From Octopus sinensis (lineage: Eukaryota): a DNA stretch of 64,000 bases. A model generated the notes under the pieces. It did not search any database. It was not told the origin of the DNA and worked only from the letters and a program-made list of their open reading frames with translations. The DNA lies in the NCBI RefSeq assembly GCF_006345805.1, contig NC_043005.1, positions 46,066,001 to 46,130,000 of the forward strand. Direction: 5' to 3'. Positions 13,324-26,401 of this stretch are shown in pieces. The translations under genes and the position numbers were made by a program. The first letter of the stretch is position 1, and every line of letters starts with the position of its first letter.

Positions 13324-16119
13324 CTATTTGAGAGTGGAATGCTGATATTGTACTTGTATTCATTTCTGAAAACTGTAACGGAATAGCTGGAGAAAAACAG
13401 CAGTTTCAGCTTGCTCTTCAGCTTGCTATACACTCCTAAATTCTTCTAATTCATTAAAACTGACTAATAAAGCAATAGCCCTCACCTCGCAATCAGGGAT
13501 GGCTTGTGTATATATATCAGCTCACGACAGCATAGCCGCCTGAAATAAACCACAAAAGTGTAATAGATAACCCCCAAGCAATGCTTTATTGCAAGCGAAG
13601 GTCGTTGTTTTATTAAGCAGTTTTAATGAATTAGACGAATTTAGGAGTGTATTGTAAGCTGAAGAGCAAGCTGACACTGCCGTTTTATCTTCATCTTCAC
13701 CTTCACCGTCATAGCTTTCAGAAATGAATATCACAAGAAATGAGCATTACAAATTTTTTAATTAATCCGGAATAAAATTTTACGGATTTCTTAAAATTAT
13801 GTTAAGTCGATTGTAAAATCGTTTTAATGAGTGCTAAAATAATTGGTTCAAGTTTTGGCAAAGGAGCCGCAGATCTTAGAGATGAAGGTATGTCGATTAC
13901 ATCGACCCCAGTGTTCAACTCGTACTTATTTTATCGATCCCGAAAGGATGAAAGGCAAAGTCGACCTCAGCGGGATTTGAACCCAAAACGTAAAGATGGA
14001 CAAAATGCTTAGCAGCATTTAGTCCGGTATGCTAACGATTCTACCAGCTCTCCCCTTTAATCGATACTATAAAAATAGTTTCTAATTACGGCACAGGGCC
14101 AATAATTTTAATGCGAGAGGGTATCAATCGATTACATTGACCCCAGTACTTCATTGGTACTTTATGTTATTGACACCAGAAGGATGAAGGAACCTGACCA
14201 TCCAAACACTCGGAAATCATCGTCTTTTGGGTAAAGAACTTCCTCAAACCGAGACAGATATAATAGTAAAAATTTACCCAAATGGTGAAGTTATGAAGCA
14301 TAAAATAGAATAATGTACAAAAGCTTTGAATAGAAACAGTGCACCTGAACTGAAAAAAATATATATAATAAAACGAATAATGCTTTTAATATAGGTATAT
14401 GACGTGTGTAAATTTGTATGTGTACGAACCCACCATATTTTTCTTTTTCTTTTTCATATAGAATTCCGATACCGTCGTAAACTACACATTCTGAAAGGTA
14501 GGTATAGAAAATTTCATTAAAAAAATAACTAATTTTTCTGAAAGTTATGAGTTAAAAAGCTTTCCTGTGCGAATTTTCCCAAACTCATCACCCCACCTTC
14601 AGAAAACCTTTTCACCACGTATTCCGATATAATCAAAACCTGAAGCGCATTTGTAGAAAATTTCGATAAAAGATATCCATTGTTCTGGAAGTTATGAGGC
14701 TACAAATCGAGGTGACACAAAGTCCGCACGAAGTGCGGTTTTTAAGCTAGTTAAGGATAAGTTTGAAAGTTGACTCAACGGAGAGGAGTTCCAACTAAGT
14801 GAAACCTCCAATCGATTTAAATGCACAAGTCTCCAATATCCAAGTGGCTTAAGACGTGTCAGCAGAAGAGCTCCTAAGAGTCATGACCTGGATGCTGCCC
14901 AGCTCCCTTAGAGTGTAAGAAATTAAGGGTCAAAACACTTGCCTGAGTGGGATTTCTTCACTGAAGATCTACTGTTCCGCTCCCTTGAGAGTTTCTTACC
15001 ACTGTCTGGATATTACTAGTTGATTGTATATGTTGCGACAGGGACCACAAGGATTCAAGCTTGCAGCAATATATATTTTCTTTGTTTTGTTGTATGCCAC
15101 ATGGTCCTTTGTTGGTTGAGAGTGAAACTTATAACGAGCCAAACTGGGCTGTTCCGTCTTATAGTTGGATAGTTTATTGTTGATTGTTTTGCAGAGAGAT
15201 TAGGAGTCTAGGTAGAGTTGCTATAATCCATATTAGACCTAATATATTTTGCGTACCACTATTTTTTACTGTTGGAGAACGTTTGGTCCAGGATTTAAAA
15301 TGTATCAAAGAAAATAACTATGACGTAACAATCAGCGTTTCAAGTTTTGTTCCATTGCTTGAAGGAATTTATTTCCAAATTTGTTTTAGATTAAGTCATA
15401 TTAGAACACATATCGATAGATCTAATTAGTAAAATCAACTTTTGTTCATGACTATATGTCATTCAATGAAATTTTATAAGGTTTTTCCGTAAAATTTCTT
15501 CTCACTATTGGTCTAAGACAAATACCATGTAAGAAAGCTACATATATTTAATTTCTTATTTACCGTTCAATAGCTGACCGTTTTAACATTACCACCACTA
15601 TTACCAATAATAATTCTTTCTACTACAGGTACAAGGCCTGAAAGTTTGGGGGAGGGAGCTAACCGATTACATCAACACCACTGCTCAACTGATACTTATT
15701 CTATCCTCCAGAAGAGGATGAAAGCAAAATCTACCTCAGCGGAATTTGAGCTCAGAACGTAAGGAACTGGAAGAATTGCTACTAAGCATTTTGTCTAGCG
15801 AATCTGCCAGCTCGCCGCCTAACCATCTCCATCACCAAGAATAATGGTTTCAAATTTGGCACGAGGTCAGCAGTTTCGAGTGAGTGGGTAAGTCAATTAC
15901 ATCGACCCTTGTGCTCAACTGGTCCTTGTTTTATCGACTTTGAAATGATGAAAGGCTAAGTCAATCTCGACGAAATTTGAACTCAGAATGTAAAGACGGA
16001 TGCAATGTCGCTAAGCATTTTGCCCAGCGTGTTAACGACTCTGCCAGCTCACCGTCTTTACAGAATGAATACATATTGCAAAGTAAATTACGAAGACATG
16101 GGCGGCATATTTGTGATTA

Positions 16120-16830
16120 GGTTATCTTTTATCATAGCTCAATCAGGGTCGTCTTTCGCTAAACAATAGCAACAACAGAAATATAGTTAGAGACTGAATA
16201 CTGTTGATATTACATGTCCAGACTAAGGCGGTGAACTGGCAGAACGGTTACCGCGCTGGAAAATGTTTAGCGGTATTTTCTTTCGGCTTTACGTTCCGAG
16301 TTCAAATGCTGTTGGAGTTGACTTTACTTTTCATCCTTTCGGAGTCGATAAAATAACTACCAGTAAATACTGGGGCCGATATAATCGACTAGCCCCTCTC
16401 TGACAATTTGATCAAGCCTTATGCCACTAGATGAAAAGATATTACCTGCGTACACTGATATTCATCCCATTTACGTTGAATCATGTATATCATTGTATCT
16501 ACAGTGATGTTCAGCTATGAGGCGATTATAATAAATCTGTGCATCTTTCCTAGTCTTTTCACTGATCACATAGGTTGCATGGACCTTTCTGTTTAGTTAA
16601 AACTGACATTACACGAACGACTGTTCAATCAATTCACACTGGAATAATGATTTCTCATAATAACATGTAAACGGAGATTTTAATTGCAATGAAAAGAGAA
16701 GTTGGGATACATGTGTAAAATTCTCGTATATTATGGTAGTAAAACATCCAAATACGATATTCTGAAAACGACATAAAATATTAACAAAATTTTGTAGCTG
16801 CAATTATTGAAATATCTAAGAAAAGAATTC
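16120..16830 (+). pseudogene. Decayed L1-clade endonuclease (APE) fragment; paralogous to ~330-800
   Basis: LNTVDITC and VNGDFNC-like frames; collinear homology with 330-800; interrupted by a SINE at ~16225-16440. Confidence 0.45.
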
Positions 16831-16849
16831 TGTTAATATATTTTGCACC

Positions 16850-19010
16850 AAACAGAAAACATTTTCGGCAGAATTTCCGAATAACTGATCCTCATAAGTT
16901 GGAACTTGTTCGTTTAGACAGAGATTTTTCAAATCTGTTTTTGTACCACGCAACTCGAAAGGATGAGCTTTTTCTAAAAAAGAAAAGAATTTGGAAACCC
17001 ATGATTTTGGAAAGTTGTCCCCCATTTCCTTGTTGCCATCACGATGGATTATTCGATATTTTTATTTATTTATTTATTCATTTTTGCACTTCAAAACGAT
17101 GGAGTAAGCGTTTTTTCCAAACAAAAAAATATTTTAGAGACCCATGATTTTGGAACGTGTCTCCCCTCTTCTCCCCACCTAATGCCTTCATGACAACCGT
17201 CATCATTCAAAAATTTTCCTCCTCATGTAATCCGCACTCTTAGAGCAAAAAGAAATTAGCCAATAAATTTCATAACAACTCATCAACCGTTAATAATTAT
17301 TTTCTAGCAAAAGTTATAGATGTGTTTTCAGTTTTTTCCCCATTCGACACAAAACGTAAATGAATTTAAGATAGTGGTGGAAGTATGTTTACTCTGTATT
17401 TGACCTAATTTCAGAAAAACTTGCTGCATCTAAATTGTTCTTCAGTTATTTGAATAAAGAAGTGGGTACTGTTTTCAAATGAAGAAAAATCAATTTTTCC
17501 TGCTAATGAAATAGACATTCTCACAGGAGACTTTATACAAGTGACTTGCAATGGGTGTTGTTTATCCCATGTTTTTTTTTTAATGTTTCACTAGAGATTA
17601 TTTTTATATTTATTATTCCTTTAGGTAGGCAGTTGAACACTTGAAGATCTCTAAATATCAGACTGTTACAATAGAAGGATCTTTTCGGTTTGAACGGCAG
17701 TTTTTTAAAATAATTTCCACGTAACTAAACACTTTAAAACTTCGTATACTGGTAGAATGTGTTTATAAAATATCTTTTTCTCTTGGCTTTATTGAGAAAA
17801 TTCTATAGTTTGTAAGATATTTGTTGTTGTTTTTCTTCAATTTCTGCAATTTCAACCAATCAATGACGTCTTTTGAGGTAAAAACATTTTGTGCCGTATG
17901 AATATGTCCCTCGTTTAAGAAACAGATTGGGTTTATTTACATTTCTGAAGAAAAAAAAGATACCCTTCCCCCCAGCCCTAACCCTAACTAGCCCTAACCC
18001 TAAAACAGATTGAAATGCAATAGATCGATACTAGGGTTATAATTATGGGTGGTAATTCCATATGATACCGCTAGAAAAACTGCCGTTCAAACCGAAAAGA
18101 TCCCAATAGAGTATTTTTGCTCGTGATTTCGGAAGAAAAAAAAAGGTGTTTCAGTAACGGGAAAATTTCCCCGCCACTGAAACATTCACTCGTGTCAAAT
18201 TAAAAGGAGATTAAAGTATTTATTTGGTTCAGTAGTTGGAATGAAATGGCCACACATTGACGGAGCTAAGTACAAGCATACTTATAAATTCAAAACTATC
18301 ACAATTAACGAAAGTACTGAAATTTAACCGTAGTGATTTAAGCAGTTTTTATAAGTGGTGATGTAATTTCCTTGTCCGAAAGTCGAAGCAACGTGGAGTC
18401 AAGCAAAATTAGCGATTGAGTCAGGTACGACTTAATAATGTCTTGTTCTTCTCTTAATTCGTTTAGTTTTTTTATGTGATATATAAAAAAAAAAAACGCA
18501 ATAACATGAAAAAATTATTTTGTTTAAAAAATGCTTAATTTGGGTTTTTTAAAAATTGAGAAGACGGATTACGAAATTTTTGTTGGCTAATTTCTTTTTT
18601 TGATCTAAAAATGCGGACTACGATTTCAAGATGTAGAATATTATAACATGAGGGAGAAAAAAATTGTAATGGTGATGACTGCCGTGAAGACAGTGGTGAG
18701 GGTGAGAGAAGAGGAGCCATGTTCCAAAATCGAAAATTTCCAAACTTTTTTTGTCTTTTTAAAAGGTTTAACCCCATCGTTTTGAAGTGTGTAGAGCAAA
18801 ATCCAGTTTGTAAAGTACGTTTGAAAGCGCCAAAGTTGGAGACGAGGTTCCAAAATCATAGATTTCCAAATTTTTTTTTTTAAGAAAACAATCTTCCCCT
18901 GTTGTTTCGAAGTGCGTGGTACAAAAAAAAAAAATTGCAAAGTCCCTGAGAAAACGGAGAAAATCCAGCGTATGTGGATTAGCTATTCCAAAACTCCGCC
19001 AAATATTTTT
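16850..19010. mobile_element. Old fold-back DNA element with ~450-bp diverged inverted arms
   Basis: 16860-17300 matches the reverse complement of 18550-19005 (e.g. tttgtaccacgcaactcgaaa / tttcgaagtgcgtggtacaaa). Confidence 0.6.
17678..18103. mobile_element. MITE with GGATCTTTTC TIRs (Merlin-like), containing (CCCTAA)n
   Basis: TIR ggatcttttcggtttgaacggcagttttt with a perfect inverse; TSD caataga(a/g). Confidence 0.8.
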
Positions 19011-19617
19011 TTATTAAAAGAATGAAGTCTGAAATTCAAGTTTGCAATCGTGATTCAAGGTTTTCACACATCTACAATTTATAATAGACTCCGATAGGAA
19101 TAATATTATTTATTGTATCAGAAGTATGTTTATTTTTCACATTTTTGCGGTGAGGGGCATATTTTCACTGGAGTTTAGCACCCAATATTGGCTCATGTTG
19201 ACCACCAGTCGATATCTTCTCATGGAACCCATTCCAAATTCCCCTACTCAATACAGCAATCCTTCTAGCCTCCAGAGTATCTGTCACTTGAGCTCACCGC
19301 TCATTAATAAACGACCTAAATTATGATACTCACTATATAATTAACCCCATCACCTTAGGCTTCTAATTTACATTTCTTCAAATAATAGAATATATAGAAG
19401 CATCATTCTCCAACCTAGATAGTATTTACGGATCAGCATTTGTAATGGAAAGGTTGTGATCGTCATCTTTTTCCCATGTTATTAGCCGCGAAAAGGAACG
19501 AAGATTCTGACCTCAGCTGTGCTGTAAACTAGCCTCTACTCTCCAGCAGTTCTCTCTTGATTCAAATAATATTCCTCCAATTCCAGACGGCGAGCTTGAC
19601 CGAATCATTATCGCGTA

Positions 19618-19839
19618 GAAGGCGGTGAGCTGGCAGAAACGTTAGCACGCCGAACGAAATGCTTAGCAGTATTTTGTCTGGCGCTACGTTCTGAGTTCAA
19701 ATTCCGCCGAGGTCGACTTTGCCTTTCATCCTTTCGGGGTCGATTAAATAAGTAACCAGTTATGCACTGGGGTCGATATAATCGACTTAATCCGTTTGTC
19801 CCCTCTGCGTGTAGCCCCTTGTGGGCAGTAAAGAAATAA
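19618..19839 (+). mobile_element. Young SINE family C inserted into an older family C copy
   Basis: 16-bp TSD gaatcattatcgcgta at 19602 and 19840. Confidence 0.88.
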
Positions 19840-20267
19840 GAATCATTATCGCGTACGACAAAATGGTTAGCAGCAATTTCTCTGACTCTTTATGTTCTGA
19901 GTTCAAATTCTACCGGGTTCGACTTTACTTTTCATCCTTTCCGACTCGATGAAATATATTATCAGCCAAATACTGGGGGTCGATGTAATCTACTTTACTC
20001 CTCCACTCAAAACTGTGCTGAAATTAGAAAGAATGTTCCTCAAATTCGTTGACGTCAATAACTATGGCATCACAATAAACGTTTGTTGAGTCACCTTTTC
20101 ATCATTAGCATGAAGTGACGTAAGACATAAAGTAACAATTCTGTATCTTTTACTTGTTTCAGTCATTAGACTGTGGCCATACTAGGGCACCATTGAAGAA
20201 TTTTTAGTCGAACGAATCGATTCTAGTACCTTTTTTTTTAAAAAGCCTGATTTCGATCTCATTTACG

Positions 20268-20898
20268 GATCTTTTCCTTTTGAACGGCAGACAATTTCTA
20301 GTTAACTAAACACTTTAAAACTTCGTATACTGGTAGAATGTGTCAAAATAAAACATTTTTTTCTCTTGGCTTTCTTGAGAAAATTGTAATTTGTTTGTTT
20401 AACGTAGTTTAATTTTTCGAATTTTAACCAATCCTATGCTCTCTTTTGAGCTAAAATCATTTGCTGCGTCTAAAACTGAGACAACATCCTGTAACTAACC
20501 CTAAACCTCCCCCCTATCCCTAACTCTAAATTTTTTTTCTTAATTGTTAAATTAATTTAATTGTTACGCGTGTAAAGAAACTAAAGCAATGGAATTAAAT
20601 TAATTTAACAATTAAGAAAAAAATATTTAGGGTTAGGGGGAGGTTTAGGGTTAGTTACAGGATGCTGTCTCAGTTTTAGACGCAGCAAATGGTTTTAGTT
20701 GAATGGAGGTAATCGATTGGTTAAAATTGCCGAAATGCTCGGATTTTCAGACGAAATATCTTACAAGCTGTAGAATTTTCTCAATAAAACCAAGAGAAAA
20801 TGATGTTTTATAAACACATTCTACCAGTATACGAAGTTTAAAAGTGTTTAGTTAACTAGAAATTGTGTTGACATCTGCCGTTCAAAAGGAAAAGATCC
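20268..20898. mobile_element. Related GGATCTTTTC-TIR MITE, largely palindromic
   Basis: TIR ggatcttttccttttgaacggcaga with its inverse; TSD tcattta(c/g); internal inverted arms with CCCTAA/TTAGGG. Confidence 0.8.
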
Positions 20899-21794
20899 TC
20901 ATTTAGTAAACCGCACAAAGGCCATCCATTTGGAGCAGGAATTAATCTTTTGTCATCACATCTCGGTCACTAACGGTCTAAATTCTCCAACTCTTTTTTT
21001 TCAGCTCACCTCCACACACACACTCACACCCACAAGCGCCACCCACCACCTAACTCTTACATTCCTACTGTCCCTTACCCAACCCCACACGCCTACACTA
21101 CACCGTTAAACAAATACCCAAATTTGAATCATGAGCCAAAAAACTAGAGATTATGATAAAGTGAAAGCTGACGTCATGACATTTATTCAGCTTCACTTTC
21201 AAAGTCTTCAAAAAGGCACGGCTATCAGAACTGCCTTCTTTTCATCTGGTAGAAAATATCAGTCTTCGGGCCTCTATGTCGCACTGTTTTTTTTTATTTT
21301 TTAAACAAATCATGTCTTTTTCTGTTGTTGTTGTTGTTGTTTAGTTCTGTACTTCGTTGATTGAACAGATTTAATGTCGCAGGCGTCTCAACTGTGACCA
21401 CCCAATCTTCTTTATTCCTGTGTTCTTGACTTGTCTTAGTTACTAGACTGCAGCCATGCTATGACAATGCCCTGAATGGGTTTTAATTGAATGAATCGAA
21501 TTCAGTACTTTTTTTGTTTTTAAAGCCTGGCTGGCTCTTATTCTATTAGTCTGTTTTGTCGAGCCACAAAGTCTCCAGGACGTAAACAAACCAACACTGG
21601 TTGTCAGGTTGTGGGCACATTATACACAAACGCGCGCGCTCACATGTGATTATACGATGAGCTTCCTTCAATTTCCGCCAACTAAATCAACACACAAGGC
21701 TTTCGTCGGCCCGAGGATACAGTACAAGTCATTTGCCCGAAGCGTTATGCAGTGGGACTGAACCTGGAAGTATGTGGTTGCGAAACAAGCTTCT

Positions 21795-22500
21795 TTTATT
21801 CATTTAATGGACCACAAGGGCCTTACACAAAAAGGAAGCTGCGGGCTGGACACACACATAATGATATGAATGACAAATGAAATGGTGAAAAATGAAGGCA
21901 ACAAGCAACGCCCGCCGATTGCTGTTTACCCGAAGACATTGTTCTTTTTAATGTTTCCTACTCAAGGCAACAAACCTCTTACACAGTTCAAAATCACATT
22001 TATGTGGCGATAAACTTCTTACATTTTTGCAATACAAAAATCATTTATGTGTCAATAAACCTCTTACACATTCAATAAAATACAATAAAACACAATAAAA
22101 GTGAGGCACCAAGCCTCTTACTTTTATTATCATTTACATGCTTTCCTGTCCGACCAGGGCCCTCGCTTGTTTGAAGCACCAAGACAGTTCCAGGCTGGAC
22201 CATTTTGCCATGTATCTAAAGGAGTCCTCGGGAAGGAATTCACTATTCTGCACAGATCGGTTTCCCATATGACCTCCGCAGCCACCTGCGAAGGCCACTC
22301 AGGGTCCTCCGTGCATGACAGAATCCCCTCCCACCGGCCTTTCCTTTCAAACTTCTTGACAAAGTTTCGTAATGCCCCCCCCACCTCCTTATGGAAGAGG
22401 ACCAAAAATTGCTCCCCCAGTGGCACTACTCCCACTGAAGGTGTTTCGGGACACGCCAGCGGTGTGTCACAAACCGTCGGCAATGTCCCGTTTTTCTTTT
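21795..22500 (-). mobile_element. Retroposed L1/Tx1-like fragment inserted into a SINE A copy
   Basis: 17-bp TSD ttgcgaaacaagcttct (21778-21794 and 22501-22517); A-rich 3' end on the minus strand; GC-rich ORF remnant 22130-22500. Confidence 0.7.
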
Positions 22501-25500
22501 TTGCGAAACAAGCTTCTAACTGCACACAGCCAAGCATGTACCTATATATATATTTCTTTCACATAGTTCTATTTAAAAATAAAAAACTTCACCATCTTCT
22601 CCACAAATGTAATCCACTAAACAATATACTGCATTCTAATTATACACGTCAGTATGTAACTATCCATACTGTGAAAGAGAGCTATTACAATGCCTCAGTG
22701 AATAAATATATAAAACAAGAATTTCGTCGATACCAATAATATATTCTAAAGAAGATTGTATTACTAAAAGAGAAAAAACGCTCTTGCTTTTTAAATGACA
22801 AGGACTAGAAAAATAGGTGTAAGCGTGGATGTGTGGTAAGAAATTTGCTTCCCAACCACATGGTTATGGGTTCAGTCCCACCGCATGAGACCTTGGGTGA
22901 ATGTCTCCTATTTTAGCCTCGGGCTGTTCAAAGCCTTGTGAGTAGATTTGGTAGACGGAAACTGAAAGAAGCCCGCCGTTTATGCATATCTATGTGCGTT
23001 TGTGTATGTGCATGTGTGTGTGTGTCTGCCCCCCCCTCCATCGCCTGAAAATCAGTGTTGGTGTGTTTACGTCCCGATAACTCAGCTGTTCGGCAAAAGT
23101 GACTGGGCTTGAAAAAACGTCCTGGGGTCTAGTTATTCAACTAAAAGTTCTTCAAGGTGGTGTCCCAGCATTGCCACAGTCTAATGACTGGAACATATAA
23201 AAGATACAATTGAAGGGCTGTAGCCTTTATTCTTTCCTTCAAACATTTATCAGCCAGAGTGTATAATAGCATGATCTTAACATGTTCTGAGCTCTAGCGT
23301 TTAAATGATTTTCGTAATGGCCAAGGAAAATAACTACGACATCCCAATCAATGTTTTCAATGTCAGTTTTTATTTTCTTCTCTAAATGTTTCGAAACATA
23401 ACTCTTAATTTAACCACAAACATATTTAAAATGTTACTAAGGATTTAAAACGTTAATGGCAAGTTGAACAATTTTTTAATTAATCAATCTTACTAATCGG
23501 TATAGAAATCACTTTCGTTTTTTCATTCATTATATTGTATTTTATTACTACGATTATGTATTATTTGAACATAAAAATATTTTATGTCATATGCCACATA
23601 TCCTATTAATCGGTGAAATGATAAACTGTCGCCTTCATTTCTTTCTGAAGATTTTCGCAAAGAAGATAATCAGTTTGGTTCATGATTTCAAGAATATTTC
23701 CCTAATTCATTAAGGAACTTGACTATCACGTAACAATCAAATTTAATTCCATTTCTTAAAATAATTTAATTCCAAGTTGCTATATGTTATGTGATGTCAG
23801 CCCACATCACAGGATCTAATCGTTAAACTAAATATTTTTTTTAGGAGAGGAAATGTAAGGTTTTTTTTTTTATAAAAGTTACCTGAAAACAAGGATGCAC
23901 TCTTCACGGCAGAATGCCAAAATCTCGTTCACACGGCAAAATGCCTAAATACATTTTCCCATCAAGCTATAAAGGATATCATAAATTTTCCCATAAATCC
24001 ATGAAGGATATCATAAATATCGGCTTTCGAATTTTGGAACAAAGCCGGCCATTTTGGGGAACGGATAAGTAGATTAAATTGACCCCCCAGAGTTCAATTG
24101 GTACTTACTTCATCGACCCCGAAAAAATGAAAGGCAAAGTCGACGTCGGCAAAATTTGAACTCAGAACGTAAAGACAGGCGAAATACCTCTAAGCATTTT
24201 GTTCAGTGATTCTGCCAGCTCGTCGCCTTAAAGAATATCATAAATATCGGTTTCAAATTTTGGAACAAGGCCAGAAATTTCGGAGCAGGAGGCAAATCGA
24301 TTACATCGACTTCAGTACTCAACTGGTATTTATTTTATCGACTCCGAAAGGAAGGAAGAAAAAGTCAACCTCGGCGGAATTTGAACTCAGAAATGCCAGC
24401 TCACCGCTCTCAGATTATCACATATATCAAAAGCTATAAAAGTCAGGCTGTAAATTTTTTTTCTACGCTTATCAGTTAAACTTATATTCGTTTGAATTTC
24501 TTAATAATCATCTGTTCTTAAAATAATTCGTCTTCCGTTTGTGGTTCTTTAACTGATGTTGGCACACATCGCTGGATATAATAATTTTAGCAAACATTTG
24601 CTAATCTAATAATTTAAGATCCAATATGTTAGATTTTAACAACTGTTTCCTTCAAATAAAAACAAGTTTTTTTTCCGTATACCTCTTTGTCCTCGTACCA
24701 ATATAAAATATCTAAATATGTTTCACTTCTCATTGGCCTATTTGAAGATTTATTGCTTCACATTTTCCACCATCAACATAAGCTATATTGCTCTGAGGTG
24801 GTGTGTAGTTAAAAAAGCTTCCTTTCTAACCATGTGGTCTTGGGTTCAGTCCTACTTTTTTAGCACCTTAGTAACTGTCTCCTACTATAACCTCAGGCCA
24901 ATCAAAGACTTGCGAGTGGAACAGGTAGACAATATTTGAATATCACATCGACCCCAGTGTTCAAATGGTACTTGTTTCATCGACCCGGAAAGGCTGAAAG
25001 GCAAAGTCGACCTCAGCGGCTTTGAGTGGATTTGAGTGACGGAAACTGAGAGAAGCCCGTCGTATATATGTATATATATGTATGTGCGTGTATATGTTCG
25101 TGTGTCTGTGTTTGTCCCCCCCCCCCCAACATCGCTTGACAACCGATGCAGGTGTGCTTACGTCCCCGAAACCTAGGGGTTCGGCAAAAGAGACCGATAG
25201 AATAAGTACTAGGCTTCCAGAGAATAAGTCCTGGGGTCGATTTGCTCGACTAAAGGCGGTGCTCCAGTAAAAGAATAAATAGAGTAAAAGAGTATCCGAC
25301 ATGTGTGCGGATTTATACATCTTTATATCAGTGACGTCTTTCACAAGCATCAAAAGTTATTTCCAATTGCTGCGTGCTAAGTGCCGTTAGCACTTAATAT
25401 CACTGAATCTAACAACATAGATAAACTTCTACTAATCTAATAATGATTTAAGATCCGATATGTTAAGAGATTTTAACAAGAGTATCCTTAAACTAATAAT

Positions 25501-26002
25501 AGTTCTTTCTATATAGATGTATGTCCTTGTACCAACGTAAAATATCTAAATATATTCTACTTCACATTGCACTGTTTAAAGATTGGTTGCTTCAGTATCA
25601 CAACTACCAACGTCATCTCCTGTTATACCGTATTCTAATTATACATGCAATTTCTATCCTTCATTACGATAAATTGGTCATTGGTGATTCTTTATTACCC
25701 ACTAGGGGCGACATAAATTGGTCATTGGACGGCCTCGTAACACTCCTTCGATGAATAATTATATAACGGCAGGAATTTCATGAATATCAAAAGATATCCT
25801 GAAGAAAATTCTGAAATATTTAAATGGTAAAAATCCAAAATGTCGTGTTAAAATAACTCAGTGTGAAGTGGAATATATTTAGCTATCTTACATTAATTAA
25901 TACAACGCAGTAGGTTTAAGGAAAGAACAGGTTATTGTCTTAACGAAATGCTTGTTAAAATCTCTTGGCGTGCCGTATCTTAAATCATTATATTAGCACA
26001 TA

Positions 26003-26401
26003 CTCTTTTCTCTTTTACTTGTTTCAGTCATTTGACTGCGGCCATGCTGGAGCACCGCCTTTAATCGAGCAACTCGATCCCGGGACTTATTCTTTTGTAA
26101 GCCCAGTACTTATTCTATCGGTCTCTCTTGCCGAACCGCTAAGTAACGGGGACATAAACACACCAGCATCGGTTGTCAAGCAATGCTAGGGGGACAAACA
26201 CAGACACACAAACACACACACGCATATATATATATATACGACGGGCTTCTTTCAGTTTCCGTCTACCAAATCCACTCACAAGGCTTTGGTCGGCCCGAGG
26301 CTATAGTAGAAGACACTTGCCCAAGGTGCCACGCAGTGGGACTGAACCCGGAACCATGTGGTTGGTAAACAAGCTACTTACCACACAGCCATTCCTGCGC
26401 C
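26003..26401 (-). mobile_element. SINE family A
   Basis: Near-identical reverse complement of 29229-29642. Confidence 0.88.

Noticed and set aside
17976-18003. Telomeric CCCTAA repeats (also 20495-20655)
   Set aside because: Short, degenerate and internal to MITEs; not a telomere or a fusion scar.
21970-22125. Regularly spaced aaacctcttacac repeats resembling a CRISPR-like array
   Set aside because: Eukaryotic context, spacers related to each other, and no cas genes; these are subrepeats in a retroelement 3' region.
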